A stretch of DNA of 53,349 nt. Source: an uncultured archaeon (GTDB lineage: Archaea > Iainarchaeota > Iainarchaeia > Iainarchaeales > GCA-2688035). Both the position numbers and the translations under genes were made by a program. Where the stretch lies: NCBI GenBank assembly GCA_964354805.1, contig CAYHBD010000029.1, forward strand, positions 1-53,349. Reading direction: 5' to 3'. The notes under the pieces are model-generated. The model did not search any database and was not told the DNA's origin. It worked only from the letters and a program-made list of their open reading frames with translations. Positions 37,116 through 46,597 of this stretch are shown here, one piece after another (position 1 is the stretch's first letter; every line of letters starts with the position of its first letter).

Positions 37116-37325
37116 TTAAGGCATGCTCTTTACAGCAAGCCGTATATCCTCTGCTGTAATGGTTTTTCTTTTCGCGTGCTTGCTGAATTCGGTTGCCTTT
37201 TGGGCAATCTTTATGCCGTTTTCTTCAAGCACTTCGCTCAAGGCAGCTGCAGCATCCTCGCTTACCCTGCCGCCGCCTGCTTTTCTTATGATTCTGTCAA
37301 CAGCAGCCAAAGGCAATTCAGCCAA
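37116..37325 (-). CDS. Archaeal histone
   Basis: [22 protein letters not shown]...[14 protein letters not shown]; TTG start after GAGGTG. Confidence 0.96.
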   Translation of the reverse strand: MAELPLAAVDRIIRKAGGGRVSEDAAAALSEVLEENGIKIAQKATEFSKHAKRKTITAEDIRLAVKSMP

Positions 37326-37502
37326 AACAAAACACCTCAAAACAATTTAAGCCCATAAAAGGTTATTTGGGGGCAATGTTTAAATCTTTATCCTTTTTTT
37401 AAGAAAAAGGGCAATATAAAAGCTTTTTAGCTTTTTAAAGAATTTTAAAAAATAATTAATGAAATAAAAAGGGTTTAAAATCGTTCCAAACCTATTTCGT
37501 TC

Positions 37503-39971
37503 ATGGCATCCGAAAACGCGTTTGTTGAAAACCCCTTCATCAAAAAGAACAGGATTGAGCAAAGGGCATACCAGGTGAACCTTGCTGAATCAGTTCTCAA
37601 GGGAGGAAACAGCCTTGTTGTTGCGCCAACAGCACTTGGAAAAACAATTGTTGCAGTGCTGGTTGCAGCTGCCGTGCTTGAAAGGGAAAAAGAGAAAAAA
37701 ATCCTTTTCCTCGCGCCAACAAAGCCATTGTGCCAGCAGCACCAGAAAACAATGCAGGAATTGATGCAACTGGAAAAAGAGCAGATAATACTGCTCACTG
37801 GCTCGATTGCCGCAAAGAAAAGGGCAAAGCAGTGGGAGCAGGCATTAATTGTTACTGCAACACCCCAAACCATTGAAAACGATGTCAGAAATGCAAGGAT
37901 CTCGCTGCAGAATGTTTCACTGATTATTTTTGACGAAGCACACAGGGCAGTAGGCGATTACGCTTACGTTTACATTGCAAAAAAATTCACCCAGCAGAAC
38001 CAGAAAGCCCTTATTTTGGGCCTGACTGCATCCCCAGGAGCAGAACAAGAGCACATTAACGAGGTGTGCGGCAGCCTTTTCATCAAAAACATTGAAATAA
38101 AGAGCCTGGGGGACGAGGACGTTAAACCATACACGCACGAAATCAAAATAGAGTGGAGAACAGTTGAACTGCCAATGCAATTCAGGGAAATAAAAAGCCT
38201 GCTGCAGCAATTCATGCAAAAGCAAATTGCTGTTTTGAACAAATTCGGCCTGAGCAGGGCAAAAAGCCCTTCAGGCTTCAACCAAAGGCGCCTGCTTGAA
38301 ATGCAGGAAAAAATAAGGCAGGGAATCAAAAGATATGGATTCAGGCAGCCAAGCCTTTTTTCCGCTGCAACGGCAATAGCAGCATTGATGAAAGCAAACC
38401 ATGCAGCACTGCTGTTGGAAACACAGGGCATTGCAGCACTGAATAGCTTCCTTGAGAGAACAGTGGAAAAAAGCAATGAGCCGAAAGCAAGCAGGGCACT
38501 GAGGCAGTTCCTTGCCAGCGCTGAAATAAAGCAGGCAATAGACCTTACAAAGCAGTTGAATGAAAAAGGAGTAAGGCACCCAAAGCAGCACATTCTGGAA
38601 GAAATACTGAAACAGCAGTTTGAATTGTTCCCGGAAAGCAGGGTAATTGTATTCAACCATTACAGGGATTCAATCAAAAGGCTTGCTGAAGAACTGAACA
38701 AAGTGCCTGGCATCAGAGCGGAAAGGTTTGTAGGGCAGGCAACAAAAGGAAAAGACATTGGAATGAGCCAGAAAGACCAGGCTGAAAAAATAAGCAAGCT
38801 GAGAAGCGGTGAAATAAACTGCATTGTTGCATCCTCGGTGGCCGAAGAAGGTCTGGACATTCCAAGCGTTGACCTTGTGATTTTCTTTGAGCCTGTTCCA
38901 AGCGAAATCAGGTATATCCAGAGAAGGGGAAGGACAGGCAGGCTTGCAGCAGGCAGGGCAATAATCCTGATGGCAAAAGGGACAAGGGACGAGGCATTCT
39001 ACTGGGTGAGCATAAAAAAAGAAAAAAGAATGCACAGAATATTGCATAGGATGAAAGCTGAAAAAGCAGGCGCTGCTGAAAAGGAAATTAAAGAGGGAAA
39101 AGCAGGCGATGCTGAAAAGGAATCACTGGCTTTTGCAGAAAATGAAATTGAAGAAGAAAAAGCAGAACACCCTGCAGCGGAAAAGCATGGAAAAAAACAA
39201 GCAGAAGGCGTTGCAGTAGAAAAGGAAAAGCAGAAACACGCAGCCGCTACAGGCAAAAAGGAAAAGCAAACAACATTGCACAGCTTCGTTGACTGCGCAG
39301 CAGCAGACAGCAAAATAGTTGTTTTTGCTGACACCAGGGAGAAAGACAGCCCTGTGATTCAGATGCTGCAGGAGCTGGACTGCAGTGTTTTGTTCAAGCA
39401 GCTCGAGGTCGGGGATTACATTCCTGCAAAAGACATTGCAATTGAAAGAAAAACCGTTTCTGATTTCCTTTCAAGCATTGTGGATGGAAGGCTGCCCAAG
39501 CAGCTGATGAGCTTAACAGAATCATACGAAAGGCCGATTGTTCTTGTGGAGGGGGATGTGAACGAATTGTTCGAAAGCAGGAACATCCACAGGAATGCGG
39601 TTATCGGAATGCTTACCTCGATTGCATTGAATTACAGGGTGCCCTTGCTGTTCACTGACAGTGCTAGGGAGACAGCACAGTACATTTATGTTATTGCAAA
39701 AAGGGAGCAGCTTGGAAAAGGCGCTGATTTGAGGCTCAGGATTGGAAGAAAGGGGCTGACTTTGCAGGAACAGCAGCGCTTTGTTGTGGAATCACTGCCC
39801 TTGATCGGGCCAATGACTGCAAAAAATCTGCTGCAGCACTTTGGCAGCATTAAGGCAATATTCAATGCTGAGGAAAAGGAACTGCAGCAGGTTGACAACC
39901 TTGGCAAAGAGAAAGCAAAGAGAGTCAAAAGGCTGCTGGAAGCGAAGTGGGGGGAAAATGGGAGAAAATAA
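37503..39971 (+). CDS. hef: Hef helicase-nuclease (FANCM-like SF2 plus XPF/ERCC4 nuclease and HhH)
   Basis: PTALGKT, DEAH, TASPG and QRRGRTGR motifs; GDY...ERKT..D nuclease; C-terminal HhH2. Confidence 0.94.
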   Translation: MASENAFVENPFIKKNRIEQRAYQVNLAESVLKGGNSLVVAPTALGKTIVAVLVAAAVLEREKEKKILFLAPTKPLCQQHQKTMQELMQLEKEQIILLTGSIAAKKRAKQWEQALIVTATPQTIENDVRNARISLQNVSLIIFDEAHRAVGDYAYVYIAKKFTQQNQKALILGLTASPGAEQEHINEVCGSLFIKNIEIKSLGDEDVKPYTHEIKIEWRTVELPMQFREIKSLLQQFMQKQIAVLNKFGLSRAKSPSGFNQRRLLEMQEKIRQGIKRYGFRQPSLFSAATAIAALMKANHAALLLETQGIAALNSFLERTVEKSNEPKASRALRQFLASAEIKQAIDLTKQLNEKGVRHPKQHILEEILKQQFELFPESRVIVFNHYRDSIKRLAEELNKVPGIRAERFVGQATKGKDIGMSQKDQAEKISKLRSGEINCIVASSVAEEGLDIPSVDLVIFFEPVPSEIRYIQRRGRTGRLAAGRAIILMAKGTRDEAFYWVSIKKEKRMHRILHRMKAEKAGAAEKEIKEGKAGDAEKESLAFAENEIEEEKAEHPAAEKHGKKQAEGVAVEKEKQKHAAATGKKEKQTTLHSFVDCAAADSKIVVFADTREKDSPVIQMLQELDCSVLFKQLEVGDYIPAKDIAIERKTVSDFLSSIVDGRLPKQLMSLTESYERPIVLVEGDVNELFESRNIHRNAVIGMLTSIALNYRVPLLFTDSARETAQYIYVIAKREQLGKGADLRLRIGRKGLTLQEQQRFVVESLPLIGPMTAKNLLQHFGSIKAIFNAEEKELQQVDNLGKEKAKRVKRLLEAKWGENGRK

Positions 39972-39994
39972 GCTAAAACCAATAAGGAGTAGGA

Positions 39995-40705
39995 ATGGGG
40001 GCACTTGAAATGATACGCGCAGAGGATAGTAAAAAACTTGCAGATCTTTGGACAATTTTTCCCGGGGTTAAAGACCCTGTTTCAATCTTTGGAAGAAATG
40101 TAAATGAACTTGTTATTAACCCGGATTTTAGAAAAAAGTTTAGTAATCTTAGATCATTGTGCCAAGACTTGGCGAACAAAAAAGAGACTATCCAAGAAGG
40201 CTATTCGATTCGTTTTGAACCAGAATTTGAGGTGAAGGGAGAACGGACCTTTGAAGGAGCCCACTTGGTTCTTAGGAATAAATACAGGGATATTGTTGGA
40301 ATTCTCGTTTTCTTTGTTGGCTTCCCGATGCAAATAAGGTTTGTTCAAGCAATAGAAAAGGAAAAAGGCAGAGCCAAGGAATTTTACGAAAAAACAGGAA
40401 AATTTTTCTGGGAAGCATTGATTGACAGATTCATTTCCCTTGCTCACAAAAATTTTCCAGAAAAAGAGTACACAAAGCAACCAAAACCAAGAGTGGCTTT
40501 TATTTTTAGGGATGAAATGAACGAAAGGCTTAAACGAGTAATTTTGGAAAAATACTGTCCACGCGAAGCAATTTTAGTGATTTCAGGAACCAAAGCTTTT
40601 AACCCAAAAAGGATGTATGTCAAGGAAAGGTTCTTTGGCAGGCTGAGAAGAGGCTTGCCATTGGATAGAAAGCCAAGGCCTCTCCCCAAAAAGAAGCCTT
40701 TTTAA
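39995..40705 (+). CDS. Hypothetical protein with a basic C-terminal tail
   Basis: 236-aa ORF with AAGGAG RBS; ends RLRRGLPLDRKPRPLPKKKPF. Confidence 0.7.
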   Translation: MGALEMIRAEDSKKLADLWTIFPGVKDPVSIFGRNVNELVINPDFRKKFSNLRSLCQDLANKKETIQEGYSIRFEPEFEVKGERTFEGAHLVLRNKYRDIVGILVFFVGFPMQIRFVQAIEKEKGRAKEFYEKTGKFFWEALIDRFISLAHKNFPEKEYTKQPKPRVAFIFRDEMNERLKRVILEKYCPREAILVISGTKAFNPKRMYVKERFFGRLRRGLPLDRKPRPLPKKKPF

Positions 40706-41474
40706 TTATTCAATGCTGAATAAAAGAAACAATTAAATTCTCTTGACAACGAGGTATTTATAATATGCCAAACCCCATTAGAAGAAAGCCTTTAGTTCGA
40801 ATAGGAAATCTTCCAAAAGCCGAAATGTTGGGCTTAATTGAAAGAGGCGGTTTTCAGGTTGACAGGCTTACTTTTGAGAGGGTAATGGGAAAATCAGATT
40901 TTGATATGAGGGTGCATGGGGAGATAGTTCCATTTAGTAGTATTGTAGCACAAATTGGCGCAGACAAACATCTGCATTACATTGCGGGCAATTTGAGAAG
41001 ATTTAGAGTAGGAAACTGGGTGTATGTTACAGCAGCAGAGGCAAATCGCTTTCAGGGGGATTTAATAAACAGGAAACGGCAGTTGGGACTTGAAAAAAAA
41101 AGGCGAAGAGATAGAGAAAGAAGACAGGTTATAAGAGCTGGGAGGGCAAGTTTTGAAAAAAGACCGGTTGCGGAACGAGCGAGGAAAACAAAGGCTAAAC
41201 AAGCAGATGAAACAAAAGCAGCAGAGAGGAAGCAAGGTGCTGAAACCAAAAGACTCATAGATGCTTGGATGAAGAAAGCTTCAAAAATGAAACCTGGCAG
41301 AAGAAGACTCATGGAGAGCGTACTTTCAAGAAGTGCGAATCTTTCGCCAAAAGAGTTCAGAGAACATGTTCTCCCATCCCTTGCTAAGCTTATGGAAAGA
41401 TATTAGGAGAGCGGAACCTCTTTTTAACGATTTAGAGAAAGGCAGACCAAAAAAAGAAGCCTTTTTAATTATTC
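40688..41474. repeat. 24-bp perfect direct repeats flanking orphan gene 40765-41406
   Basis: AAAAAGAAGCCTTTTTAATTATTC at 40688-40711 and 41451-41474. Confidence 0.85.
40765..41406 (+). CDS. Arg/Lys-rich hypothetical protein
   Basis: 213-aa ORF starting MPNPIRRKP, with GAGGT upstream. Confidence 0.7.
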   Translation: MPNPIRRKPLVRIGNLPKAEMLGLIERGGFQVDRLTFERVMGKSDFDMRVHGEIVPFSSIVAQIGADKHLHYIAGNLRRFRVGNWVYVTAAEANRFQGDLINRKRQLGLEKKRRRDRERRQVIRAGRASFEKRPVAERARKTKAKQADETKAAERKQGAETKRLIDAWMKKASKMKPGRRRLMESVLSRSANLSPKEFREHVLPSLAKLMERY

Positions 41475-41528
41475 TCCATTCAATTAATTAGTATTCGTTA
41501 ACCGAATTTTTCGTTTTTTGGTGTTTTA

Positions 41529-41948
41529 ATGACTCAGTGGCATTTGAAGGGAAAGAGGAAGCCAAGCGGCGGCATTAGGAAAACCAGAAGGAGAAGGGAC
41601 AAAATCCTTGCCCAAAAAGGCAGCGAGCCAACGCTTACAATTGTAAAGCAGGATGCAAAAGAAGAAAAGAGGAAAGTGCAGAAAGGCCTGGGCAATGAAG
41701 AAAAGGTTAAGCTGCTTGCAACAAAACAGGCTGCTGTAACAATGCAGAAAGAAAAAAAGACAGTGAAAGCTGAGATTTTAAGCGTTACAGAGAACAAGGC
41801 AAACAGGCTTTACACAAGAAGGAACATTGTTACAAAAGGCTGCACAATAAAAGTCAAAATTGATGGAAAAGAGCATCTTGCGAAAGTAACCTCAAGGCCA
41901 GGGCAGCACGGAGTGGTTCAGGCAGTGCTGCTGGAAGAAAAGCAGTAA
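41529..41948 (+). CDS. rps8e: 30S ribosomal protein S8e
   Basis: RKPSGG, ENKAN..YTRRNIVTKG and AKVTSRPGQHGVV motifs. Confidence 0.95.
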   Translation: MTQWHLKGKRKPSGGIRKTRRRRDKILAQKGSEPTLTIVKQDAKEEKRKVQKGLGNEEKVKLLATKQAAVTMQKEKKTVKAEILSVTENKANRLYTRRNIVTKGCTIKVKIDGKEHLAKVTSRPGQHGVVQAVLLEEKQ

Positions 41949-42179
41949 AAGCCAGCGCATTGGTTTGAAAACCGAATTTTATGCCTGTTGCTGCTGAACA
42001 GGGCTAAAAGGAAAGGTTTATAAATAACGCAGGCAGCAGATTATTATATATAATATAGGCGGGCTGTTTCTGGGCTTGGATTGGCGCAACTTAATTCTTG
42101 AAGTCAGAACTGGCTTTGCTGTTTTAAAAAATCTCATTACAGGGTTAAGGAAGTCGTTTGAAAGGAAAAGGTGGTTTTT

Positions 42180-43085
42180 TTGGCGGATAAATGTCCTGAA
42201 TGCGGAAGCACTAAGATTAGGAGAGATATGGACAAAGGAGAGCTAATTTGCCAGCAGTGCGGCCTTATTTTAAGCGAAGACTCAATTGATTACGGCAAGG
42301 AATGGCGCAGCTTTGATTCAGACCAGTTCGAGAAAAGGGCCAGAACAGGAAGCCCTATGAAGTATGTTAAATTGAACAAGGGCCTTGTAACAATGATTGA
42401 CAGGCGCGGAACTGACTTGAGGGGAAACAAGCTTTCAAGCAAATCAAGGGCCCAGATGTACAGGCTGATTAAATGGCATAAGAGAGCCAGCATAAGCAGC
42501 AGCATGCAGCGCAATCTTTCAATTGCCTTAACTGAATTGAGGAGAGTTGCTTCTTATTTGAACATTCCGGAATCACTGGTTGAAGCAGCTGCATTGCTTT
42601 ACAGGAAAACAGTCAAAAAAGGGCTTATCAGGGGAAGATTGATTGAAGCAGTTGTTGCAGCTGTATTGTACACTGTCTGCAGGACATACCATGTTCCAAG
42701 GACATTGAACGAAATGGCTGAAGCCTCGGGATTGACAAAAAAAGAGATTGGAAGAACATACCGCTTCCTGGTTAGAGAGCTGAAACTGGATGTTCCTTTA
42801 ACAAACCCAATCCATTACATCCCGCGCTTTGCATCAGAGCTGAATCTGAGCGGAGAAGTCCAGGAAGAAGGCAGGAAAATCCTCGAGGAAGCAATTGACA
42901 AAGGCCTTATCTCAGGAAGAGGCCCTACAGGAGTTGCGGCAGCAGCAGTATACATTGCAGGCCTTTTGAAGGGAGAAAGGCGAACACAGAAAGAGGTTGC
43001 AAACGTTGCAGGCGTAACAGAAGTGACAATCAGGAACAGGTACCGTGAACTGAAGAAACGCTTGGATATTGATGTGGCAGCGTAA
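42180..43085 (+). CDS. tfb: Transcription initiation factor IIB
   Basis: CPECGS...C..CG zinc ribbon, EWRSF, two cyclin repeats and VTEVTIRNRY. TTG start assumed; GTG at 42171 is an alternative. Confidence 0.97.
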   Translation: MADKCPECGSTKIRRDMDKGELICQQCGLILSEDSIDYGKEWRSFDSDQFEKRARTGSPMKYVKLNKGLVTMIDRRGTDLRGNKLSSKSRAQMYRLIKWHKRASISSSMQRNLSIALTELRRVASYLNIPESLVEAAALLYRKTVKKGLIRGRLIEAVVAAVLYTVCRTYHVPRTLNEMAEASGLTKKEIGRTYRFLVRELKLDVPLTNPIHYIPRFASELNLSGEVQEEGRKILEEAIDKGLISGRGPTGVAAAAVYIAGLLKGERRTQKEVANVAGVTEVTIRNRYRELKKRLDIDVAA

Positions 43086-43234
43086 AACGCTGCTTCTTTT
43101 TCTTTTCTTTTTTTTCTGATTTTTTTATTTTTCACACGCAGCCGTAAGAATAGCCGGGCTTTTTTTGAACAGAACTCTTTTTTATTCCCTTTCACTTTAT
43201 ATTTATTGGAAAACTAATTGGTTTAGGGAGAAGC

Positions 43235-43894
43235 ATGATTATCGCAGGCATTGACGAGGCTGGAAGGGGGCCTGCTTTGGGCCCGATGGTTCTTGCTGTT
43301 GCGTGCATTGAAAAGGAAAAAGAGGAAGCCCTGCTGAAAATCGGTGTCAGGGACAGCAAGCAGCTTAGCCCGCAACAAAGGGAGCAACAGGACAAGCAGC
43401 TGCGGAAAACGCTTTTTGAGTTCGGCAGCATTCACATTGAGGCAGCTGAACTTGATGGCCTAATGGACTGGAAAAGCCTGAACGAAATCGAAGCAATGAG
43501 GATTGGAATGCTGTTGAACAGGCTAAAGCAAAAGCCTGATGTTGTTTACGTTGATGCACCTGACCCGATTGCAAGGAATTTTGGCCAGAGGATAAAAAAA
43601 TACATTTCTTTTAACACAGTAATAAAATCAGAGCACAAGGCAGATGTGAATTACCCCATTGTAAGTGCGGCATCCATTATTGCAAAGGTTGAAAGGGACG
43701 CGGCAATAAAAGAGCTGTGCAAGCAATACGGAGACCTTGGCAGCGGCTATCCGCATGACCCGAAAACAATTTCCTTCTTGTGCAATTTCATCAAGAGAAA
43801 CAAGAAGCTGCCGGCAATTGCAAGGAAAAGCTGGGAAACAAACAAAAACATTTCAAATGAATTTTTCCAGAAAAAATTAAGCAAGTGGAAGTGA
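43235..43894 (+). CDS. rnhB: Ribonuclease HII
   Basis: AGIDEAGRGP, VRDSK, SEHKAD, VSAASIIAK and GSGYP.DP motifs. Confidence 0.97.
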   Translation: MIIAGIDEAGRGPALGPMVLAVACIEKEKEEALLKIGVRDSKQLSPQQREQQDKQLRKTLFEFGSIHIEAAELDGLMDWKSLNEIEAMRIGMLLNRLKQKPDVVYVDAPDPIARNFGQRIKKYISFNTVIKSEHKADVNYPIVSAASIIAKVERDAAIKELCKQYGDLGSGYPHDPKTISFLCNFIKRNKKLPAIARKSWETNKNISNEFFQKKLSKWK

Positions 43895-43900
43895 GTTCGT

Positions 43901-44389
43901 TTGGCAGAGCAACCATGTGAAAAGCGGCGCAATCCTGATTTCGTTTTTGATTTGCGAAACTTTAACCAGCTGTTCAACGACTTGGTGCGCGAATTCGAGG
44001 CAAGCGAAAAGCAGGGCAGGCCGCTTGTAATGGGATTCAACATAAAAATCAGCCCGCAGGGTCAGCCGTTGATCGAAAGGTTTGGGAACATTCAGGCAGA
44101 GCAAGGCAAGCCAGGGGTTGTTGCTGCCAGGGAGCCGCTGGTTGATGTAACAGGGAGCGAAAAAGAGCTGACAATCACTGCAGAGCTGCCTGGCGTGGAA
44201 GAAAAAGACATCGCAGTTAATTGCCCTGACAATAAAACAGTTGAAATAAAGGTGCAGGGAGAAAAGCAATTCTATAAAAGAATTGAATTAAGCGAAGCAA
44301 TAAAGCATGGCAACCCCAAAACAAAATTCAAAAACGGGGTGCTGGAAGTCGGGTTTGAAAAAGAAATAGCGGCAGAATGCAAAAAGTGA
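43901..44389 (+). CDS. Archaeal small heat-shock protein (Hsp20)
   Basis: REPLVDV, AELPGVEEKDI and FKNGVLEV motifs. Confidence 0.92.
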   Translation: MAEQPCEKRRNPDFVFDLRNFNQLFNDLVREFEASEKQGRPLVMGFNIKISPQGQPLIERFGNIQAEQGKPGVVAAREPLVDVTGSEKELTITAELPGVEEKDIAVNCPDNKTVEIKVQGEKQFYKRIELSEAIKHGNPKTKFKNGVLEVGFEKEIAAECKK

Positions 44390-44396
44390 ATAAAGT

Positions 44397-44927
44397 ATGA
44401 AGGATAATGGTGTTGATAAATTTATCAAGTATTTTAGCTTACTGTTTATCATCATAGTGACTGTATATTTAGCGCAAGAAACTTTACATGACCCAAACTA
44501 TGTTTTTAAGCAGTTTGAGGGCATATTTTTCTTTTATGCCCTTTTTATAGCAGCTTTTGCCTCAACCAGTAAAAAATTATTGTTTATACGCGACTTATTC
44601 ATTGGGGGAATTTTAACAGAAGAAGAAAAGAAATCCCTTAAACCGTTTGACATTACCCTTATTTTTTGGGGAAAATACATTATGATATTTTTAATCAGCA
44701 CCATACTGCAATTTATTCTTAGCAAAAAAATCCCTTCAATAGGAATTCTTCTGCCTATTTTGTCGCTTGTTGGTGTAATTATTTTTTTCAACGCGATAGA
44801 CAGAATAGTCAATAAGCTATTCCCAAAGAGTACGCCAATAAGCAGGGGCGTGATTGAAATTGCAATAGCTTTCCTTTTGATCATTTTGTTTGCATTCTTT
44901 TTGGATTTTTTTAAGGTTTTGCAATAA
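44397..44927 (+). CDS. Hypothetical membrane protein (about 5 TM helices)
   Basis: Alternating hydrophobic segments; AT-rich sequence. Confidence 0.7.
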   Translation: MKDNGVDKFIKYFSLLFIIIVTVYLAQETLHDPNYVFKQFEGIFFFYALFIAAFASTSKKLLFIRDLFIGGILTEEEKKSLKPFDITLIFWGKYIMIFLISTILQFILSKKIPSIGILLPILSLVGVIIFFNAIDRIVNKLFPKSTPISRGVIEIAIAFLLIILFAFFLDFFKVLQ

Positions 44928-44967
44928 AACGAGATAAAAAGTAAACTACTATTTTTAGGGTAAGCAC

Positions 44968-45444
44968 TTACTGCTTCTTCCCCATTTCTTCCGGCTTGCC
45001 GAAGTATTCCAGAAACTTTTTTGTTGTCCGCAGGGTAAAGGAGCGCCCTTTCGCTTCCCTTGCAATGAAGCCCTCTTCAACCAGCCTGTGAATGTGGTCG
45101 TATGCCTTGTTGTTCCTGTACTTTATTACAGTGCTCTGGGAAATCGGCTGCTTGAATGAGATCAGGGCAAGGGTCTTCATTATTCCGGGGTGGAAAATCG
45201 CTTTTGCCGCAAGGTGCTGCACTTTTGCTTCAAACTCAGGCCTCAAGCGCATTTGAAAAGAGTCCTCAATCTGTATAACCTGCAGCGCGCTGTCCCTGCT
45301 ATTGAATTCCTGCATGAAACCAAAAGCAACCCGCTTTGCAGCAGTATAGTCTGCTTCGCCGATTACCTGCATCAGCTGCTGCAGATTCAAAGCAGCTGGA
45401 GCCATGAACAAGGCTGCCTCAATAGCTTTCTCTTTTTCGCCCAT
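44968..45444 (-). CDS. scpB: SMC-Scp complex subunit ScpB
   Basis: IEAALF, TLALISFKQPI and TTKKFLEYFG motifs; start MGEKEK. Confidence 0.92.
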   Translation of the reverse strand: MGEKEKAIEAALFMAPAALNLQQLMQVIGEADYTAAKRVAFGFMQEFNSRDSALQVIQIEDSFQMRLRPEFEAKVQHLAAKAIFHPGIMKTLALISFKQPISQSTVIKYRNNKAYDHIHRLVEEGFIAREAKGRSFTLRTTKKFLEYFGKPEEMGKKQ

Positions 45445-45493
45445 TTCAGTAATAGATAAATTGGTTAGGTTAATAATTCTTTTCCATCGAGGG

Positions 45494-45838
45494 TTAGGGC
45501 AGCAATAAGAAAATTGCTGATCCAATAGTTGCCGATAGGAAATTCATTGCAAACGCTGCTTTGAATGAATCCTTTAAGTTTTGTTTTAAAGCAATTTTTA
45601 TTAGCCCTGTCTCAGCGGCTATTGCAAACACTTCAAGCAGTACAGTTGCGGCAGCATAATAGTTATAGAATACCCGCGAAGCCACCCATACAATCGGGAG
45701 CGTTATCGCATTTATTAAGACAAGGGCAACAGCTTTTTCTTTAAGTGGCTTTTTTACTAACAGGATGAGCGGAAAAAACTCAATAAAATTTGTCAGCAGA
45801 AAAGCAACAAAGAAACAGAAAAGGAAGTAGTAATCCAT
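45494..45838 (-). CDS. Hypothetical membrane protein (about 4 TM helices)
   Basis: LLTNFIE, LINAITLP, AIAAE and AMNFLS segments. Confidence 0.75.
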   Translation of the reverse strand: MDYYFLFCFFVAFLLTNFIEFFPLILLVKKPLKEKAVALVLINAITLPIVWVASRVFYNYYAAATVLLEVFAIAAETGLIKIALKQNLKDSFKAAFAMNFLSATIGSAIFLLLP

Positions 45839-45847
45839 TTTATTGCC

Positions 45848-46354
45848 CTATTTGCGCAAAAACTTGACTGCAAACAAAACCACAGCAATTGCAACAATGG
45901 CAATCAAAACCCAAATCTCGGCAGGAAATTGGCAGCAATAAGGCTGCGGTTGAGGCCCTGGAGAGCCATCCACAAGGGCAAACTCAATTGTCTTGTTTTC
46001 AGCGTCAAAAGAGGTTATTCTCCAAGATGTCTGGCCTGACTGGAGTGAAATAGTCCCCCTAACTGCATTCTGGGACGGTACGTCACTTTCAGGCGTTCCC
46101 TTTGGAACAGCATAAATATGGAACGACCCTGCACTCGGAGGAGCATTGGGAGATGGAACGCTTCCGCCATAATATGAGTAATAGAAGTCATAATTGCCAT
46201 AATCAGAAGCATTGATTATTGTGAACTTGTAATCTCCCTCTTGCCCTGTAAAAGATGGAGCTGGCAACAGCTGTGGCGGCATTATTATGTCAGCGCCCGC
46301 AATCGGCAAAGCCAGAATCAGCAAAGCAAGCAAAAACGCGCTCTTTGAAATCAT
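45848..46354 (-). CDS. Secreted protein with a C-terminal membrane anchor
   Basis: Signal peptide MISKSAFLLALLILALPIAGA; C-terminal TM helix followed by KFLRK. Confidence 0.75.
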   Translation of the reverse strand: MISKSAFLLALLILALPIAGADIIMPPQLLPAPSFTGQEGDYKFTIINASDYGNYDFYYSYYGGSVPSPNAPPSAGSFHIYAVPKGTPESDVPSQNAVRGTISLQSGQTSWRITSFDAENKTIEFALVDGSPGPQPQPYCCQFPAEIWVLIAIVAIAVVLFAVKFLRK

Positions 46355-46597
46355 AGGTAAAATATAGCACAAAGTCCAATATAAAGTTTTTGCTTTAGCA
46401 AGGTCGATGCCTAAGCCGGCAAGCCAGCAAAAGAATGCTGTTTCACCATCTTAATAATTCTTTTCCCGCTGCTGCAATTCGGCAGAGGGAATTTTTTGCT
46501 GCCCTTCCGAAACCTTAAAATAGTGGTTTGAACTATAAAGAATGTAGTTGCCCTCTTTTTTTGGGCATCGTTTCTTTTTTGAGCGGAGGCAATTTAA

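Larger units (their letters stand above)
45470..46466. repeat. 16-bp direct repeats flanking two membrane-protein genes
   Basis: TTAATAATTCTTTTCC at 45470-45485 and 46451-46466. The minus strand GGAAAAGAATTATTAA is BRE-TATA-like, 26 nt upstream of scpB. Confidence 0.75.

Noticed and set aside
39050-39300. Possible intein in Hef
   Set aside because: No C/S start or HN-C/S/T end motifs; it is a low-complexity linker.
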